Positions 29,572 to 40,399 of a stretch of DNA of 64,000 nucleotides are shown in pieces. The notes beneath the pieces are model-generated. The model was not told the DNA's origin. It did not search any database and saw only the letters and a list, made by a program, of their open reading frames with translations. Position numbers and translations under genes: made by a program. The DNA lies in contig JACVCJ010000005.1 of NCBI GenBank assembly GCA_016742095.1, positions 3,335 to 67,334 of the forward strand, written 5' to 3'. Source of the stretch: Bacteroidia bacterium (GTDB taxonomy: Bacteria; Bacteroidota; Bacteroidia; CAIKAF01). Positions within the stretch are counted from its first letter, which is position 1. Every line of letters starts with the position of its first letter.

Positions 29572-30003
29572 ATGAAAAAGAAACTCTTTCTATTGACCGC
29601 TTTCCTCGGTTTGTTCCTTTCGCTGCAGGCCCAGAAGGTAGACCTGAAAAAAGGCTATGTGCTTTTTGATAAGGTAGAAATGTACTCATATGAAAAAGAA
29701 CAGGCAGGCAATTTTACACTTGTTTACAAAAAAGATACAAAGGACCTGCTTTTCTCCATTTTATTTCACAGTAACGGCACCGTTGGCTACTCCAATGACG
29801 ACTACCTGAAACTGTACTTCACCGAAGGCAGCACCATTATCGAAACCACCCAGCTGGCAGGGATCTGGCCGGCCGGACTTATTGAACGCTTCATTAAACG
29901 CGGGGTGATCAACCCGGCAGACGGCAGCATAAACCCCGAAAACCTCAAAGTTTTCGCGGCCCAGTACGACGAGAAAATTTCCTCACGCCTGATCATTCGA
30001 TAA
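29572..30003 (+). CDS. Hypothetical secreted protein.
   Basis: The signal peptide is MKKKLFLLTAFLGLFLSLQAQ. The DNA is AT-rich. Confidence 0.45.
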   Translation: MKKKLFLLTAFLGLFLSLQAQKVDLKKGYVLFDKVEMYSYEKEQAGNFTLVYKKDTKDLLFSILFHSNGTVGYSNDDYLKLYFTEGSTIIETTQLAGIWPAGLIERFIKRGVINPADGSINPENLKVFAAQYDEKISSRLIIR

Positions 30004-30026
30004 GCGTTACGAAAAACAATACTTAG

Positions 30027-30058
30027 AACCGCTTTCTCCCGGGATGGCGGTTTTTTTA
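30027..30058 (+). terminator. Rho-independent terminator.
   Basis: AACCGCTTTCTCCCGGGATGGCGGTT forms a stem (AACCGC/GCGGTT) followed by TTTTTTT. Confidence 0.6.
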
Positions 30059-30121
30059 TTTCTACGGTTCTGAACGGGAACCCGGCAGAAGAGACAAAAA
30101 AGCAGTAATAGAACCATACGT

Positions 30122-32578
30122 TTACTGCGTATCCACGTCCACATCGATGCGGAAGTTGCGTATCCCGCTTTCCGTCTGCAGGCGGTTCACCAGCCGGGCC
30201 AGCACTTCCTTGGCCCGGGCCTGGCTTTCTTCGTTGCTTATTTTCAGGTAGATATGTCGTATGTGCAGGTTGCGTACGCGGGCAATGTGCGGACTTTCCG
30301 GGCCCAGTACCCGGTTGCCGAAAACGGGGCCCATCAGAGCGGCCAGGTTACCGGCCAGGGATTGTACGGTGGCTTCGTCCTTGTGTCGTAAAACGATACG
30401 CATAATGCGGTAAAAAGGCGGGTAATGCAGGCTGCGACGCTCTTCCAGTTCGTGCTTATAAAAGCCGGTGTAGTCGTGTGCCAGCACAAACTGTAAAATG
30501 GCGTTCTCAGGTTGTGCCGTCTGTATGATCACTCTGCCGGGTTTCTCACGCCGTCCTGCCCTTCCTGCCACCTGGGTAAGCAGCTGAAAGGCGCGTTCGT
30601 TGGAGCGGAAATCCGGGAAATGCAGGAGGGAATCGGCATTCAGCACGCCCACCAGTCCCACATGATCAAAATCTAAGCCCTTGGTGATCATCTGGGTACC
30701 CACCAGTATATTGATCTCGCGCGCCTCAAAGGCCGCCAGTATCTGGTGATAGGCATTTTTGCGCGTGGCCACGTCCCAGTCCAGGCGGGCAATGCGTGCG
30801 TCGGGCAGGAAGATCTGCAACTCGTCTTCCACCTTCTCCGTACCAAAACCTTTCAGGGTGATCTTCGGACTTTTACAGGCCGGACACTGGGTAAGCAGGG
30901 GAGTCATGTACCCGCATAAATGGCACTTGAGTTCATTTTTACTTTTGTGGTAGGTAAGGGCCACGTCGCAATGCGGACAGTAAGGCACATTACCGCAGTC
31001 TTCACATTCCATCCGGGCAGAAAACCCCCTACGGTTCTGAAAGAGAATGACCTGCTCCTTATTTTTTAGCCTTTCCTTAATATTTTCCAGTAAGTTTTTG
31101 GAAAACAGGGAGTACATCTCTTTTTTTCGCTGTGCCTCCCGGATGTTTTCCAGCACGATCTCGGGTAACTGCACCCGGCTGTAGCGTTCTTTCAGTTCTA
31201 CGAGGCGGTATTTGCCGTTCTGCGTGTTGTAGTAACTTTCCAGTGAAGGCGTGGCAGAGCCCAGTATCACCTGAGCCTGGTAACGGGCTGCCAGTACCAG
31301 GGCAAAATCGCGGGCCTGGTAACGCGGCGCGGGGTCCTGCTGTTTATAACTGGCGTCGTGTTCCTCGTCCACGATGATAAGTCCCAGGTCATGATAGGGC
31401 AGGAACAGCGCGGAACGGGCCCCGAGTACGATCTTGTAGCTGCCGTTCTGCAGGAAATTGTTCCAGACCTCTACGCGTTCGTTCTGTCCGAAGCGGCTGT
31501 GGTAAACGGCCACCTGCCCCGGGAAATGCTCTTTTACCCGCTCGATGAGGTGCATGGTGAGTGCAATTTCGGGCAGCAGGTACAATACCTGTTTGCCTTC
31601 GGCCAGGGCTTTTTCGATCAGGCGGATGTAGATCTCGGTCTTGCCGCTGCCGGTTACGCCCTGCAGCAGTACGGGCTTGTTCTCCGCGAACCCTTTTTCT
31701 GTTTCTGCCAGGGCCTGTGCCTGTGCGGCGGAGAGTTCCGGCTTTTCGCGCCTGTCTTTGCTACCGAATTTCAGGCGACTTTCCTGTTGCAGGGTTTCGG
31801 TAAATATTTCTTTTTTTACCAGGGCTTTCAGCGCGGCAGAAGCGCCATCCACGGCCGAAAGTAACACGGTGGCGTTCACTTTTCCGGGTCCGCCGGTATA
31901 ATAACCGCTGTGGTGCAGGAAGGCCAGGAGCACGTCCGACTGTTTTTTGGCGCGGCCAAGTCCGTCCATGACCTCCCGGAGCCGCGTATCGTTTTGCATA
32001 TCAGGATGCAATTCAATGATACGTACTTGTTTCGGCTTGTATCGTTTTTCAATCTCCTGCCGGTCTTCCACCCAGCCCCGCTCGATCAGTTTTTTAAAGA
32101 CGCGTACCACCGATTTGCGCTGCAGGATCTTCTGCCCGTCTTCCAGGGTAATTTCGCCGTTGTTCTGCATAGCTTCCAGCAGCAGGTATTCGTCGTCGTC
32201 CAGTTCGGCCTCCGGAATTTCGTCTACCGAAAGGGCGTAGTGCGTTTCGCTCTCCAGCTTGAGTCCCGCAGGCAGGGCGGCTTTCATGATCTCGCCCATC
32301 GTACACAGGTAATAGCGCGCCATAATTTCCCAGAACTGCAGCTGTTGCGGTTGTACAATGGGCTGCCGGTCCAGCAGGTCGTACAGGGCCTTTACTTTAA
32401 AACCCTGCGGCTCGCGGTCGTGCAGGCGCCAGATAATGCCTGTATACAAACGCGTACCCACGGGCACAATAACGCGCTGCCCGCATTCCGCCACAGGAGC
32501 GAATTCTTCGGGAACCCGGTACGTGAGCGTCTGCGGCAGGGCCAGGGGCACTATGATATCGGCAAAAAGATCGGCCAT
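30122..32578 (-). CDS. priA: Primosomal protein N' (replication restart helicase PriA).
   Basis: The 818-aa protein has Walker A (GVTGSGKT) and DEEH motifs and a Cys-rich zinc-binding region (CEDCGNVPYCPHCDVALTYH...CHLCGY). Confidence 0.9.
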   Translation of the reverse strand: MADLFADIIVPLALPQTLTYRVPEEFAPVAECGQRVIVPVGTRLYTGIIWRLHDREPQGFKVKALYDLLDRQPIVQPQQLQFWEIMARYYLCTMGEIMKAALPAGLKLESETHYALSVDEIPEAELDDDEYLLLEAMQNNGEITLEDGQKILQRKSVVRVFKKLIERGWVEDRQEIEKRYKPKQVRIIELHPDMQNDTRLREVMDGLGRAKKQSDVLLAFLHHSGYYTGGPGKVNATVLLSAVDGASAALKALVKKEIFTETLQQESRLKFGSKDRREKPELSAAQAQALAETEKGFAENKPVLLQGVTGSGKTEIYIRLIEKALAEGKQVLYLLPEIALTMHLIERVKEHFPGQVAVYHSRFGQNERVEVWNNFLQNGSYKIVLGARSALFLPYHDLGLIIVDEEHDASYKQQDPAPRYQARDFALVLAARYQAQVILGSATPSLESYYNTQNGKYRLVELKERYSRVQLPEIVLENIREAQRKKEMYSLFSKNLLENIKERLKNKEQVILFQNRRGFSARMECEDCGNVPYCPHCDVALTYHKSKNELKCHLCGYMTPLLTQCPACKSPKITLKGFGTEKVEDELQIFLPDARIARLDWDVATRKNAYHQILAAFEAREINILVGTQMITKGLDFDHVGLVGVLNADSLLHFPDFRSNERAFQLLTQVAGRAGRREKPGRVIIQTAQPENAILQFVLAHDYTGFYKHELEERRSLHYPPFYRIMRIVLRHKDEATVQSLAGNLAALMGPVFGNRVLGPESPHIARVRNLHIRHIYLKISNEESQARAKEVLARLVNRLQTESGIRNFRIDVDVDTQ

Positions 32579-32772
32579 TCGGGTACAAACCTACGCTTTT
32601 ACAGGCTTTAATTGAAATTTAACGTTTCCCGCAGCCGGCGGCATTAACGGGCAGAATGCCCCCTTTCGTCCGGCCCTACATTGTCCCCGTCGATTGTGTG
32701 CCCGTCCGCCCTTTGCGGCTATGCCAAAAACGCTATCTTTGTGCGTTTATAAAAAAATAGCATACAAAAAGC

Positions 32773-34110
32773 ATGAACTGGTTACAACTGTTTGTCAGCC
32801 TGTCGCTCCTCATCATCCTGCATGAAGGAGGTCACTTCCTGGCCGCCCGCATGTTCAAGACACGTGTAGAGAAATTTTATTTATTTTTTGATTTTTTATT
32901 CCCTCTTCCCAATGTACTGAACTTCTCTCTCTTTAAGTTTAAAAAAGGAGACACCGAATACGGTCTGGGCTGGTTCCCGCTGGGCGGATACGTAAAAATT
33001 GCCGGTATGGCCGACGAAAGCCAGGACAAGGACGCACTTGCCGGTCCGCCGCAACCCTGGGAATTCCGCAGTAAAAAAGCCTGGCAGCGCCTCATCATCA
33101 TCCTGGGCGGTATTATCGTGAATATCATTACCGGTATACTTATTTTCTGGGGCGTTAAATTCACTTATGGCGATAAATACGTACCCCTGCAGCAGGTAAC
33201 CGTGCACGTGATGGATTCCAGCCTGGTAAAGGCCGGCATGCAGAATGGTGATAAGATCCTGGGCTTTACCTCTTTTGAAGACCTGAACCGTGCCCTGCTC
33301 TACGGGGACGTAAGCACGCTGGAAGTAGAGCGTAATAACGAGAAAAAGGTAATTACCCTGCCCGAAAATATGGCAAAGGTATTTATCGAGAACCAGGGCG
33401 CCCTGCTGATGCCCCGTGTTCCCTTTATCATAAGCGGGGTTGCCGATAATTCGCCGAATAAAGATATAGCGTTTAAACCCGGCGATAAGATCGTTAAGAT
33501 CGACGGTACGGACATACAGTACGTAGACCAGTTCGCGCCCATCGGTCAGGCTAAAAAGAACCAGGAAGTGACCGCCCTGATCGAGAACGAAGGCCAGACC
33601 CGCGAGGTAAAACTGAAAGTGGGCGAAGACGGTAAACTGGGCATCGGGTATCTTACCCGCCTCAAAGACCTGAAAAAACTGGGCTACCTGCCGCTGGAAA
33701 CCACGCACTATGGCTTTTTTGAAGCGCTGCCCGTAGGCATTAATGCTTCGGTGAACACCATTGTGGACTATGCACGGCAGTTCAAACTGATCTTTAAACC
33801 CTCTACCGGGGCCTACAAAGAAGTGGGCGGATTCATCGGCATGTCCAAAATGTTCCCGGAAACGTTCAGCTGGGAAGGTTTCTGGCTGATGACCGGCATC
33901 CTGAGCCTGATCCTGGCCTTTATGAACTTTCTGCCGATACCCATGCTCGACGGCGGGTACATGATCTTTATCCTCTGGGAAATGATCACCGGTAAAGAGC
34001 CGAACGAAAAATTCATGAACATCGCCAATAACATCGGCTTCTTTATCCTGATCGGCCTCATGTTGTACGCGAACGGAAACGATATTATAAAACTATTCAC
34101 AGGAAAATAA
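32773..34110 (+). CDS. rseP: RIP metalloprotease RseP (site-2 protease, M50).
   Basis: An HEGGHF zinc motif sits in the first transmembrane helix. PDZ domains and a C-terminal LDGG motif are also present. Confidence 0.85.
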   Translation: MNWLQLFVSLSLLIILHEGGHFLAARMFKTRVEKFYLFFDFLFPLPNVLNFSLFKFKKGDTEYGLGWFPLGGYVKIAGMADESQDKDALAGPPQPWEFRSKKAWQRLIIILGGIIVNIITGILIFWGVKFTYGDKYVPLQQVTVHVMDSSLVKAGMQNGDKILGFTSFEDLNRALLYGDVSTLEVERNNEKKVITLPENMAKVFIENQGALLMPRVPFIISGVADNSPNKDIAFKPGDKIVKIDGTDIQYVDQFAPIGQAKKNQEVTALIENEGQTREVKLKVGEDGKLGIGYLTRLKDLKKLGYLPLETTHYGFFEALPVGINASVNTIVDYARQFKLIFKPSTGAYKEVGGFIGMSKMFPETFSWEGFWLMTGILSLILAFMNFLPIPMLDGGYMIFILWEMITGKEPNEKFMNIANNIGFFILIGLMLYANGNDIIKLFTGK

Positions 34111-34115
34111 AAGAT

Positions 34116-35648
34116 ATGAAAACGATAGAGCAAGCATTGCAGGAACTGGGCATCCGCGAAGTGATGTCGGGGGTGAGTACAGGTGTGGAATTTTTACCTG
34201 CCGGGGGGGATGTGATCGAATCTTTTTCACCGGTTGACGGTAAGAAGATCGCCGGAGTAACGGCGGCAACGGAAGCAGATTACCAGAAAGTAATGACCAT
34301 AGCAGGCAATGCCTTCCTGGAATGGCGCAAGGTGCCGGCCCCGAAAAGAGGCGAGATCGTACGCCAGATGGCCGAAAAATTCCGCGAGCACAAAGAAGCC
34401 CTGGGTACCCTGGTATCCTACGAAATGGGCAAAAGCCTGCAGGAAGGTCTGGGCGAAGTACAGGAGATCATCGATATCTGTGATTTTGCCGTAGGTCTCA
34501 GCCGCCAGCTGTACGGACTTACCATGCACTCCGAGCGTCCGAACCACCGCATGTACGAGCAGTGGCACCCGATAGGCATCGTGGGTATCATCTCTTCGTT
34601 CAACTTCCCGGTGGCCGTTTGGAGCTGGAACTCCATGATCGCCTGGGTATGCGGCGACGTATGTATCTGGAAGCCTTCTTCCAAAACGCCGGTTTGCGCC
34701 GTAGCCATACAGAACATCATTTCAGACGTACTCAAAAACAATAACCTGCCCGAAGGGATCTCCTGCCTGGTGGCCGGTAATGCCATGGGCGACCTCATCA
34801 ATAACGACAAGCGCATTCCGCTGGTTTCCTTCACGGGTTCTACCCGCATCGGCCGTCACGTGGCACAGACCGTAGCCGGCCGTTTCGGGAACACCATCCT
34901 GGAACTGGGCGGCAACAATGCCATCATCGTAACCGAAAATGCCGATATGAACATGATGCTCATCGGTACGGTATTCGGTGCGGTAGGTACCGCCGGACAG
35001 CGTTGTACCACCACGCGCCGTCTCATTATCCAGGAGAACGTATACGAGCAGGTAAAAGAAAAACTGAAAAACGCCTACGCACAGCTGCATATCGGTAACC
35101 CGCTCGACCAGAACAATCATGTGGGTCCGCTCATCGACAAAGGCTCGGTGGACGCCTACCTGAAAGCCATCGAGAAAGCTAAGGCCGAAGGCGGCAAAGT
35201 GCTGGTAGAAGGCGGCGTGGTGGAAGGTGCCGGTTACGAAAGCGGTTGTTACGTAAAACCCTGCATCATCGAAGCAGAAAATCATTACGAAATTGTACAG
35301 GAAGAGACCTTTGCACCCATCCTGTACATCATGAGATACAAGACCATGGACGAGGCTATCGCTTTGCAGAACGGCGTTCCGCAGGGACTTTCCTCTTCGG
35401 TGTTCACCAACAACATGCGCGAAATGGAGCAGTTCCTCAGCGCAGCCGGTTCAGACTGCGGTATTGCCAATGTGAACATCGGTACCAGCGGTGCAGAGAT
35501 CGGCGGGGCCTTCGGCGGTGAAAAAGAGACCGGCGGCGGACGCGAAAGCGGTTCCGATGCCTGGAAAGCCTACATGCGCCGTCAGACCAACACCATCAAC
35601 TATGGCAACCAGCTGCCGCTGGCCCAGGGGATCAACTTTAACCTGTAA
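34116..35648 (+). CDS. Aldehyde dehydrogenase, ALDH7/piperideine-6-carboxylate dehydrogenase-like.
   Basis: The 510-aa protein has the ALDH glutamate and cysteine region (ELGGNNAIIV...GQRCTTTRR) and a length consistent with ALDH7. Confidence 0.75.
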   Translation: MKTIEQALQELGIREVMSGVSTGVEFLPAGGDVIESFSPVDGKKIAGVTAATEADYQKVMTIAGNAFLEWRKVPAPKRGEIVRQMAEKFREHKEALGTLVSYEMGKSLQEGLGEVQEIIDICDFAVGLSRQLYGLTMHSERPNHRMYEQWHPIGIVGIISSFNFPVAVWSWNSMIAWVCGDVCIWKPSSKTPVCAVAIQNIISDVLKNNNLPEGISCLVAGNAMGDLINNDKRIPLVSFTGSTRIGRHVAQTVAGRFGNTILELGGNNAIIVTENADMNMMLIGTVFGAVGTAGQRCTTTRRLIIQENVYEQVKEKLKNAYAQLHIGNPLDQNNHVGPLIDKGSVDAYLKAIEKAKAEGGKVLVEGGVVEGAGYESGCYVKPCIIEAENHYEIVQEETFAPILYIMRYKTMDEAIALQNGVPQGLSSSVFTNNMREMEQFLSAAGSDCGIANVNIGTSGAEIGGAFGGEKETGGGRESGSDAWKAYMRRQTNTINYGNQLPLAQGINFNL

Positions 35649-35738
35649 TTTACAGCGATACACGCCCGTTTTTAAGTAACCACACCGCCCTGTCCATACA
35701 CCACTGTTTTGAGAAAGTTACATGTAGTAAAAAAACTC

Positions 35739-37910
35739 ATGTCGGCTGCATTCGTTATCCCGTTTGCAGCCGGCATTTTTGCCAGTGCCCAGAAAACCAC
35801 CGATTTTAACGATTACCACACACTGAAAAGTACGGGCGTAATGCCTGCCGTGATCGATAAGATCCGCACCCAGCGAGAAGAGTCGGACCGTAAAACGACG
35901 CAGAAGGACCAGGACGCCCGTTTAGAGGATAATTACAGACAGGCTTCGGCCTATTTCGTGGAAAACCTGCTGCTCAACGGACAGGTGATCTTCGGGGACG
36001 ATATTACGGCCTACTGCAACAGCATCGTGGACGAGCTGCTGAAGCACGATCCGCACCTGCGCTCGCGTATACACGTGTTCCACATCCGCTCTTCGGCCGT
36101 GAATGCGTTCGCGACCGGCGAAGGCGTTATTTGCGTTACCACCGGCATGATCGCCAAACTGAGTTCCGAAGCGGCCCTGGCCTATGTACTGGCCCACGAG
36201 ATCGCCCACGTGCAGGAAAAACACTCGCTGCAGGAGGCCGTGGAAAGCGCCAAACGCAGTACCCGCGGCAAGAATGAAGAACAGATCGAACTGGAATCGT
36301 CCATGTACTCCAAGGACCAGGAGCTGGAAGCCGACCGCATCGGCTGGGATATCTTCAAAAGATCGTCCTACGCTACCGAAGGGGTGGAAGAGATGCTCAA
36401 CATCCTGAAATACTCCGAAACGCCGGTGTACGAAACAAAGATGGAGCGCAGCTTTTTCAGTTACCCGGGTTTCCTGCTGCCGGAGGACTATTTCCCGACC
36501 AGCATTCCCAAACTGGCCGGGGAAGAAGATTACGAAAGCGATGAAAAAAGCACGCACCCCAACCTGGGCAGGCGCCGCGAACAGCTTACGCCCCTGCTGA
36601 AGGAACGTAGTTCCGGCGGGTATGAAAGCTATGTGCTGAGTAAAGAACGTTTTGACGAGATCGTGAAAATTGCCCGCTACGAACTGTGTATCCAGTACCT
36701 GAAAGACCAGGAATATGCCCGGGCCCTGTACCACGCGCACGCGCTCATGGCCGAAAATCCCGACAGCTATTTCCTGGAAAAGACCGTAACACAGGCCCTG
36801 CTGGGACTTACGGTATACGCCAATTCCGGCCGGCTCAGCAAGACCCTGCCCGATGAGGACGATATCCAGGGCGAGGAATACCGTACGGCCTTTATGCTCA
36901 ACAACCTCGAAAAGAACGAGCTGAACCTGCTGGCCCTGCACAATGCCTGGAACCTTTATAAAAGTTATCCCGGCAAGGAACACCCGCGCCTGATGAAAGA
37001 TGTACTGCTGGAACAACTGCTGAAGAACCATGCCGGTAAAAGCAATGTATACAGCCGCACGCCCAAAGATACGGCCATGGCTGGCGATCAGACGCAGTTC
37101 CTGTCAGATGCCGAAAAAAGATACGTGACCCGTAAGGAAAAACGCAAGGGGCCCAAGGGCGATCCGCTGCTGGCCAAATATGCGCTGGTGGAACTGTTTG
37201 CCGACGAGGACTTCAGTTCACAGTTCAGGCAGATGGAGCGTAAGATACAGACGGCCAAAACCGAAGGTGTGGACCGGGAAGAACTGGCGCGCATCCGCAG
37301 GCACGGACACGACGAAAAAGTGGTGATCGTAGACCCCTTCTACATGCTCATCGACGAGCGTAAGGAAGTAATGGTGCGCTACCGGGCCTCCAAAGAAAGA
37401 GAACAGAAGTTTGAACAATACATCGGGTCCGTTTCTAAAAAACTGGACCTGAAGACCGAAGTGATCGACGTGAGCGGGGTAAGCTCGGGCGACCCGGTGG
37501 ATTTCTATAACGATTTTGCCATCATTCAGCAGCGCCTCGACGAGGCCGAAGTGAACCGCGGCATGTCCATTCCGGCTACCGATTACGACGAAGTGGTGGG
37601 CCTGCAGCGCGAATACCGCACCAGTTATTTTGCCAAACTGCGCATGCTGAGCATTACCGAAAAACCTAAAGCCCGCGTGGGGGCCATTATTTACGGACTT
37701 ATCCTCTGGCCCATGCTGCCCGGAGCCATTTACAATTCGGTGCGTCCGCGCCATTACCTGGCCTATGAAGTGGCTGTTTTCGACATCGTGAACGGTAACA
37801 AATGTTCATCCCGCGAGGACACCCAGCGCAAGAACTCTTCCGAAGACTACATCAAGTCTGTACTGTACGATGTACTGTATTCCATCAAACACACCCATCT
37901 TCAGAAGTAA
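35739..37910 (+). CDS. M48-family zinc metallopeptidase, secreted, with a long C-terminal TPR-like extension.
   Basis: A signal peptide is followed by the HEIAHVQEKH (HExxH) motif and a downstream E (EADRIG). Confidence 0.7.
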   Translation: MSAAFVIPFAAGIFASAQKTTDFNDYHTLKSTGVMPAVIDKIRTQREESDRKTTQKDQDARLEDNYRQASAYFVENLLLNGQVIFGDDITAYCNSIVDELLKHDPHLRSRIHVFHIRSSAVNAFATGEGVICVTTGMIAKLSSEAALAYVLAHEIAHVQEKHSLQEAVESAKRSTRGKNEEQIELESSMYSKDQELEADRIGWDIFKRSSYATEGVEEMLNILKYSETPVYETKMERSFFSYPGFLLPEDYFPTSIPKLAGEEDYESDEKSTHPNLGRRREQLTPLLKERSSGGYESYVLSKERFDEIVKIARYELCIQYLKDQEYARALYHAHALMAENPDSYFLEKTVTQALLGLTVYANSGRLSKTLPDEDDIQGEEYRTAFMLNNLEKNELNLLALHNAWNLYKSYPGKEHPRLMKDVLLEQLLKNHAGKSNVYSRTPKDTAMAGDQTQFLSDAEKRYVTRKEKRKGPKGDPLLAKYALVELFADEDFSSQFRQMERKIQTAKTEGVDREELARIRRHGHDEKVVIVDPFYMLIDERKEVMVRYRASKEREQKFEQYIGSVSKKLDLKTEVIDVSGVSSGDPVDFYNDFAIIQQRLDEAEVNRGMSIPATDYDEVVGLQREYRTSYFAKLRMLSITEKPKARVGAIIYGLILWPMLPGAIYNSVRPRHYLAYEVAVFDIVNGNKCSSREDTQRKNSSEDYIKSVLYDVLYSIKHTHLQK

Positions 37911-37927
37911 CCCGACACCGCATTTTT

Positions 37928-38662
37928 ATGAAAAAACAGATCTTTCTTCTCTATATTCTTATCCTGCTTTCCGCCGGTACTGCTGCCGCGCAGAACGTAG
38001 GCTACATGGGCCGGCACGTAATTCTGCATGCCGATTACCATGGTTTCTTTTCCTTTCTGAAGTACAACCCGCGTACCGATTCCCGCCCCTTTGGCTGGAA
38101 CAGCCGCCTGGCCGTTGGCCTGGAAGGCGCCGTAAGCCGCCGCATAGCATTGGTGGCCGATTATAACTATTTCTCACGCACGTTCACTTACCGTGCAGGC
38201 TCCTCCCTGGGCTCCAATCCTTACGGAAAAGGCATTGTAAAAGGGCATGGCGTGGAACTGGCCGTGAAGATCTTTTACGGCGATCATATTGCGCCCCTGG
38301 GCCCTTACCAGCGCCTGGGTGTGGCTCTGCACATGATCAACGGTTCTTTCCGCTCGCTGAACAAGGCAACTACCTATGCCAATACCGGTACCATCATTCT
38401 GCCGGTGTTTACGTACGGGGTTGGTTTTCAGCGCATTTTTAAGGACCGCCTGGTGTTCAATGCCGGTATGCAGATCGGTATTCCCTTTTCGCTGGTGGCT
38501 TTCGGCGATGAGTTCATCGATGCCACTTTCAGCGACGGTTCTACCGTGTATACGCCCGGCTCCGGCCAGCCCGATCAGCAGAACCGCGATTTTGTAAAGG
38601 CCCAGGCCGCCAAACATCTTTTTTACAACGTAAATGTAGGATTAGGCGTACTTTTGTTCTGA
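37928..38662 (+). CDS. Hypothetical outer-membrane beta-barrel protein (DUF3575-like).
   Basis: The signal peptide is MKKQIFLLYILILLSAGTAAAQ. Amphipathic beta-strand patterning runs through the protein, and it ends in an aromatic F. Confidence 0.5.
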   Translation: MKKQIFLLYILILLSAGTAAAQNVGYMGRHVILHADYHGFFSFLKYNPRTDSRPFGWNSRLAVGLEGAVSRRIALVADYNYFSRTFTYRAGSSLGSNPYGKGIVKGHGVELAVKIFYGDHIAPLGPYQRLGVALHMINGSFRSLNKATTYANTGTIILPVFTYGVGFQRIFKDRLVFNAGMQIGIPFSLVAFGDEFIDATFSDGSTVYTPGSGQPDQQNRDFVKAQAAKHLFYNVNVGLGVLLF

Positions 38663-39792
38663 TGAAGACAAAAGCGGGCATTTATGTACATATTCCCTTC
38701 TGTAAGCAGGCCTGCTCATACTGTGACTTTCATTTTTCCACTTCGCTGAAGACGGCGGAAGCCGTAACGGAGGCAATACTGCGCGAAATACAGCAGCAAC
38801 CGTATTTTGAAGGCAATCCGGGCATACAGAGCCTGTATTTCGGTGGTGGTACGCCCAGTATCCTGCCCATGCGGCAGCTGGGACCCATCGTAAACGCCCT
38901 GGAAAAAAAATTCGGCTTTGCAGACCTGCGCGAGTTCACCCTGGAGGCCAACCCGGACGATATTTCGGGAGCGAATCTTTCTTTGTGGAGATCGCTGGGC
39001 GTCAATCGTTTTTCCATCGGGGTGCAATCCTTTTTTGAGCGTGACCTGCGTTACATGAACCGTTCGCACAGTGCCGGCGAAGCGGCAGACTGCATAAAAC
39101 GCGCCCAGGACACCGGTTTCAGTAACCTGAGCATCGATCTTATCTACGGCACACCCGGCCTCAGCGACACAGAATGGCTGCAGAACCTGGAATATGCCGC
39201 CGCCCTGCAGGTGCCGCATCTGTCTACCTATGCGCTTACCGTAGAGGAAAACACGCCGCTCTGGGCACATATCCGCAAAGGGCGCCAGGCCGAACCGCGG
39301 GAAGAAAGCTACGAGCGCCAGTTTGCTATCCTGCAGAACTTCCTGGACAGCCGGGGTTACGAGGCCTATGAGATCAGTAACAGCGCCCTGCCGGGGCACC
39401 GTGCCCTGCACAACAGCGCCTACTGGTACGGTTTGCCCTATTATGGATTCGGGCCTTCGGCGCACGGTTTCGACGGTGGCCGTACCCGTTATTCAAACAT
39501 CGCGCACAATGTAAAATATGCCCGTTTCGGCAGCCTGGACGAGATCCGCAGTTCCGAGGACCTGACGGAGACCGAACAGATGAACGAGTTCATACTCACC
39601 CGCCTGCGCCTCCTGGAAGGCTTTCGCATAGCCGAGTTCCGCGAACGCTTCGGGCCGGAACATACCGAAACCTTACTGCAAAAAATAACCACTCCCGCGG
39701 GGGAGTGGTTTATACATGACGTGGGATCGGTACGGCTGGATAAACCTTACCGTATCCTTGCAGACGGAATTTCCGCCCGCCTGTTCTTTTAG
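38662..39792 (+). CDS. hemW: Radical SAM heme chaperone HemW (HemN-like, oxygen-independent coproporphyrinogen III oxidase family).
   Basis: The CxxxCxxC motif (CKQACSYCDF) sits near the N-terminus. A GGGTPS motif is present and the protein is 376 aa. Confidence 0.8.
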   Translation: MKTKAGIYVHIPFCKQACSYCDFHFSTSLKTAEAVTEAILREIQQQPYFEGNPGIQSLYFGGGTPSILPMRQLGPIVNALEKKFGFADLREFTLEANPDDISGANLSLWRSLGVNRFSIGVQSFFERDLRYMNRSHSAGEAADCIKRAQDTGFSNLSIDLIYGTPGLSDTEWLQNLEYAAALQVPHLSTYALTVEENTPLWAHIRKGRQAEPREESYERQFAILQNFLDSRGYEAYEISNSALPGHRALHNSAYWYGLPYYGFGPSAHGFDGGRTRYSNIAHNVKYARFGSLDEIRSSEDLTETEQMNEFILTRLRLLEGFRIAEFRERFGPEHTETLLQKITTPAGEWFIHDVGSVRLDKPYRILADGISARLFF

Positions 39793-39794
39793 TA

Positions 39795-40223
39795 TTACCT
39801 GGCCAGGGCCAGGGCTTTTTTACCTTCCTCAATGAGGCTGGCTGCCGGTATATAACCCAGGGACACGTGTACCTGTTTGCCGTCCTTGTCTATGAACAGC
39901 AGGGTAGGATAGGCGCGAACGCCGTATTTCTGGGCCAGTCCGGGGCCTTCGCCCTTTTCCATATCCATTTTAACATTGATGAAGTTTTTGTTAAAATATT
40001 CACCAACGGCTTTGTCTTTAAAGGTGGTATTGCTGAGCGCCTTACAGGGGCCGCACCATACCGTATAGGCATCCATAAAGATAAGTTTCTTTTTGGAGGC
40101 CGCTTCTTTCTTGGCTTCCTCGAAAGAGCCGGTGAAGAAGGTGATGCCTTCGGAGTCAGCGGTTTGGGCATTCAATCCGATCCCCGAAGCGATAAAAAGA
40201 AATACAAAGAGTATTTTTTTCAT
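39795..40223 (-). CDS. Thioredoxin-family protein, secreted.
   Basis: A signal peptide and the WCGPCK active site are present. Confidence 0.8.
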   Translation of the reverse strand: MKKILFVFLFIASGIGLNAQTADSEGITFFTGSFEEAKKEAASKKKLIFMDAYTVWCGPCKALSNTTFKDKAVGEYFNKNFINVKMDMEKGEGPGLAQKYGVRAYPTLLFIDKDGKQVHVSLGYIPAASLIEEGKKALALAR

Positions 40224-40399
40224 GTGTGTATTTTTCATAATAAGATGTCCTTCTATAAACGTACCATTGTGCATAAAGGTAAACAAATTTGCAAAAATTT
40301 AACCCTTTTTGACGCGGAAGGGAAGCCCGAAAATCTGTTGTACCTGTTGCATGGCCCGTATTTAGGCGTATATTAGTGTACCTGTAATAAACAATAGAC

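Noticed and set aside
35922-37031. A 369-aa minus-strand ORF antisense to the M48 peptidase.
   Set aside because: The HExxH-containing sense frame is convincing. The antisense composition is artefactual.
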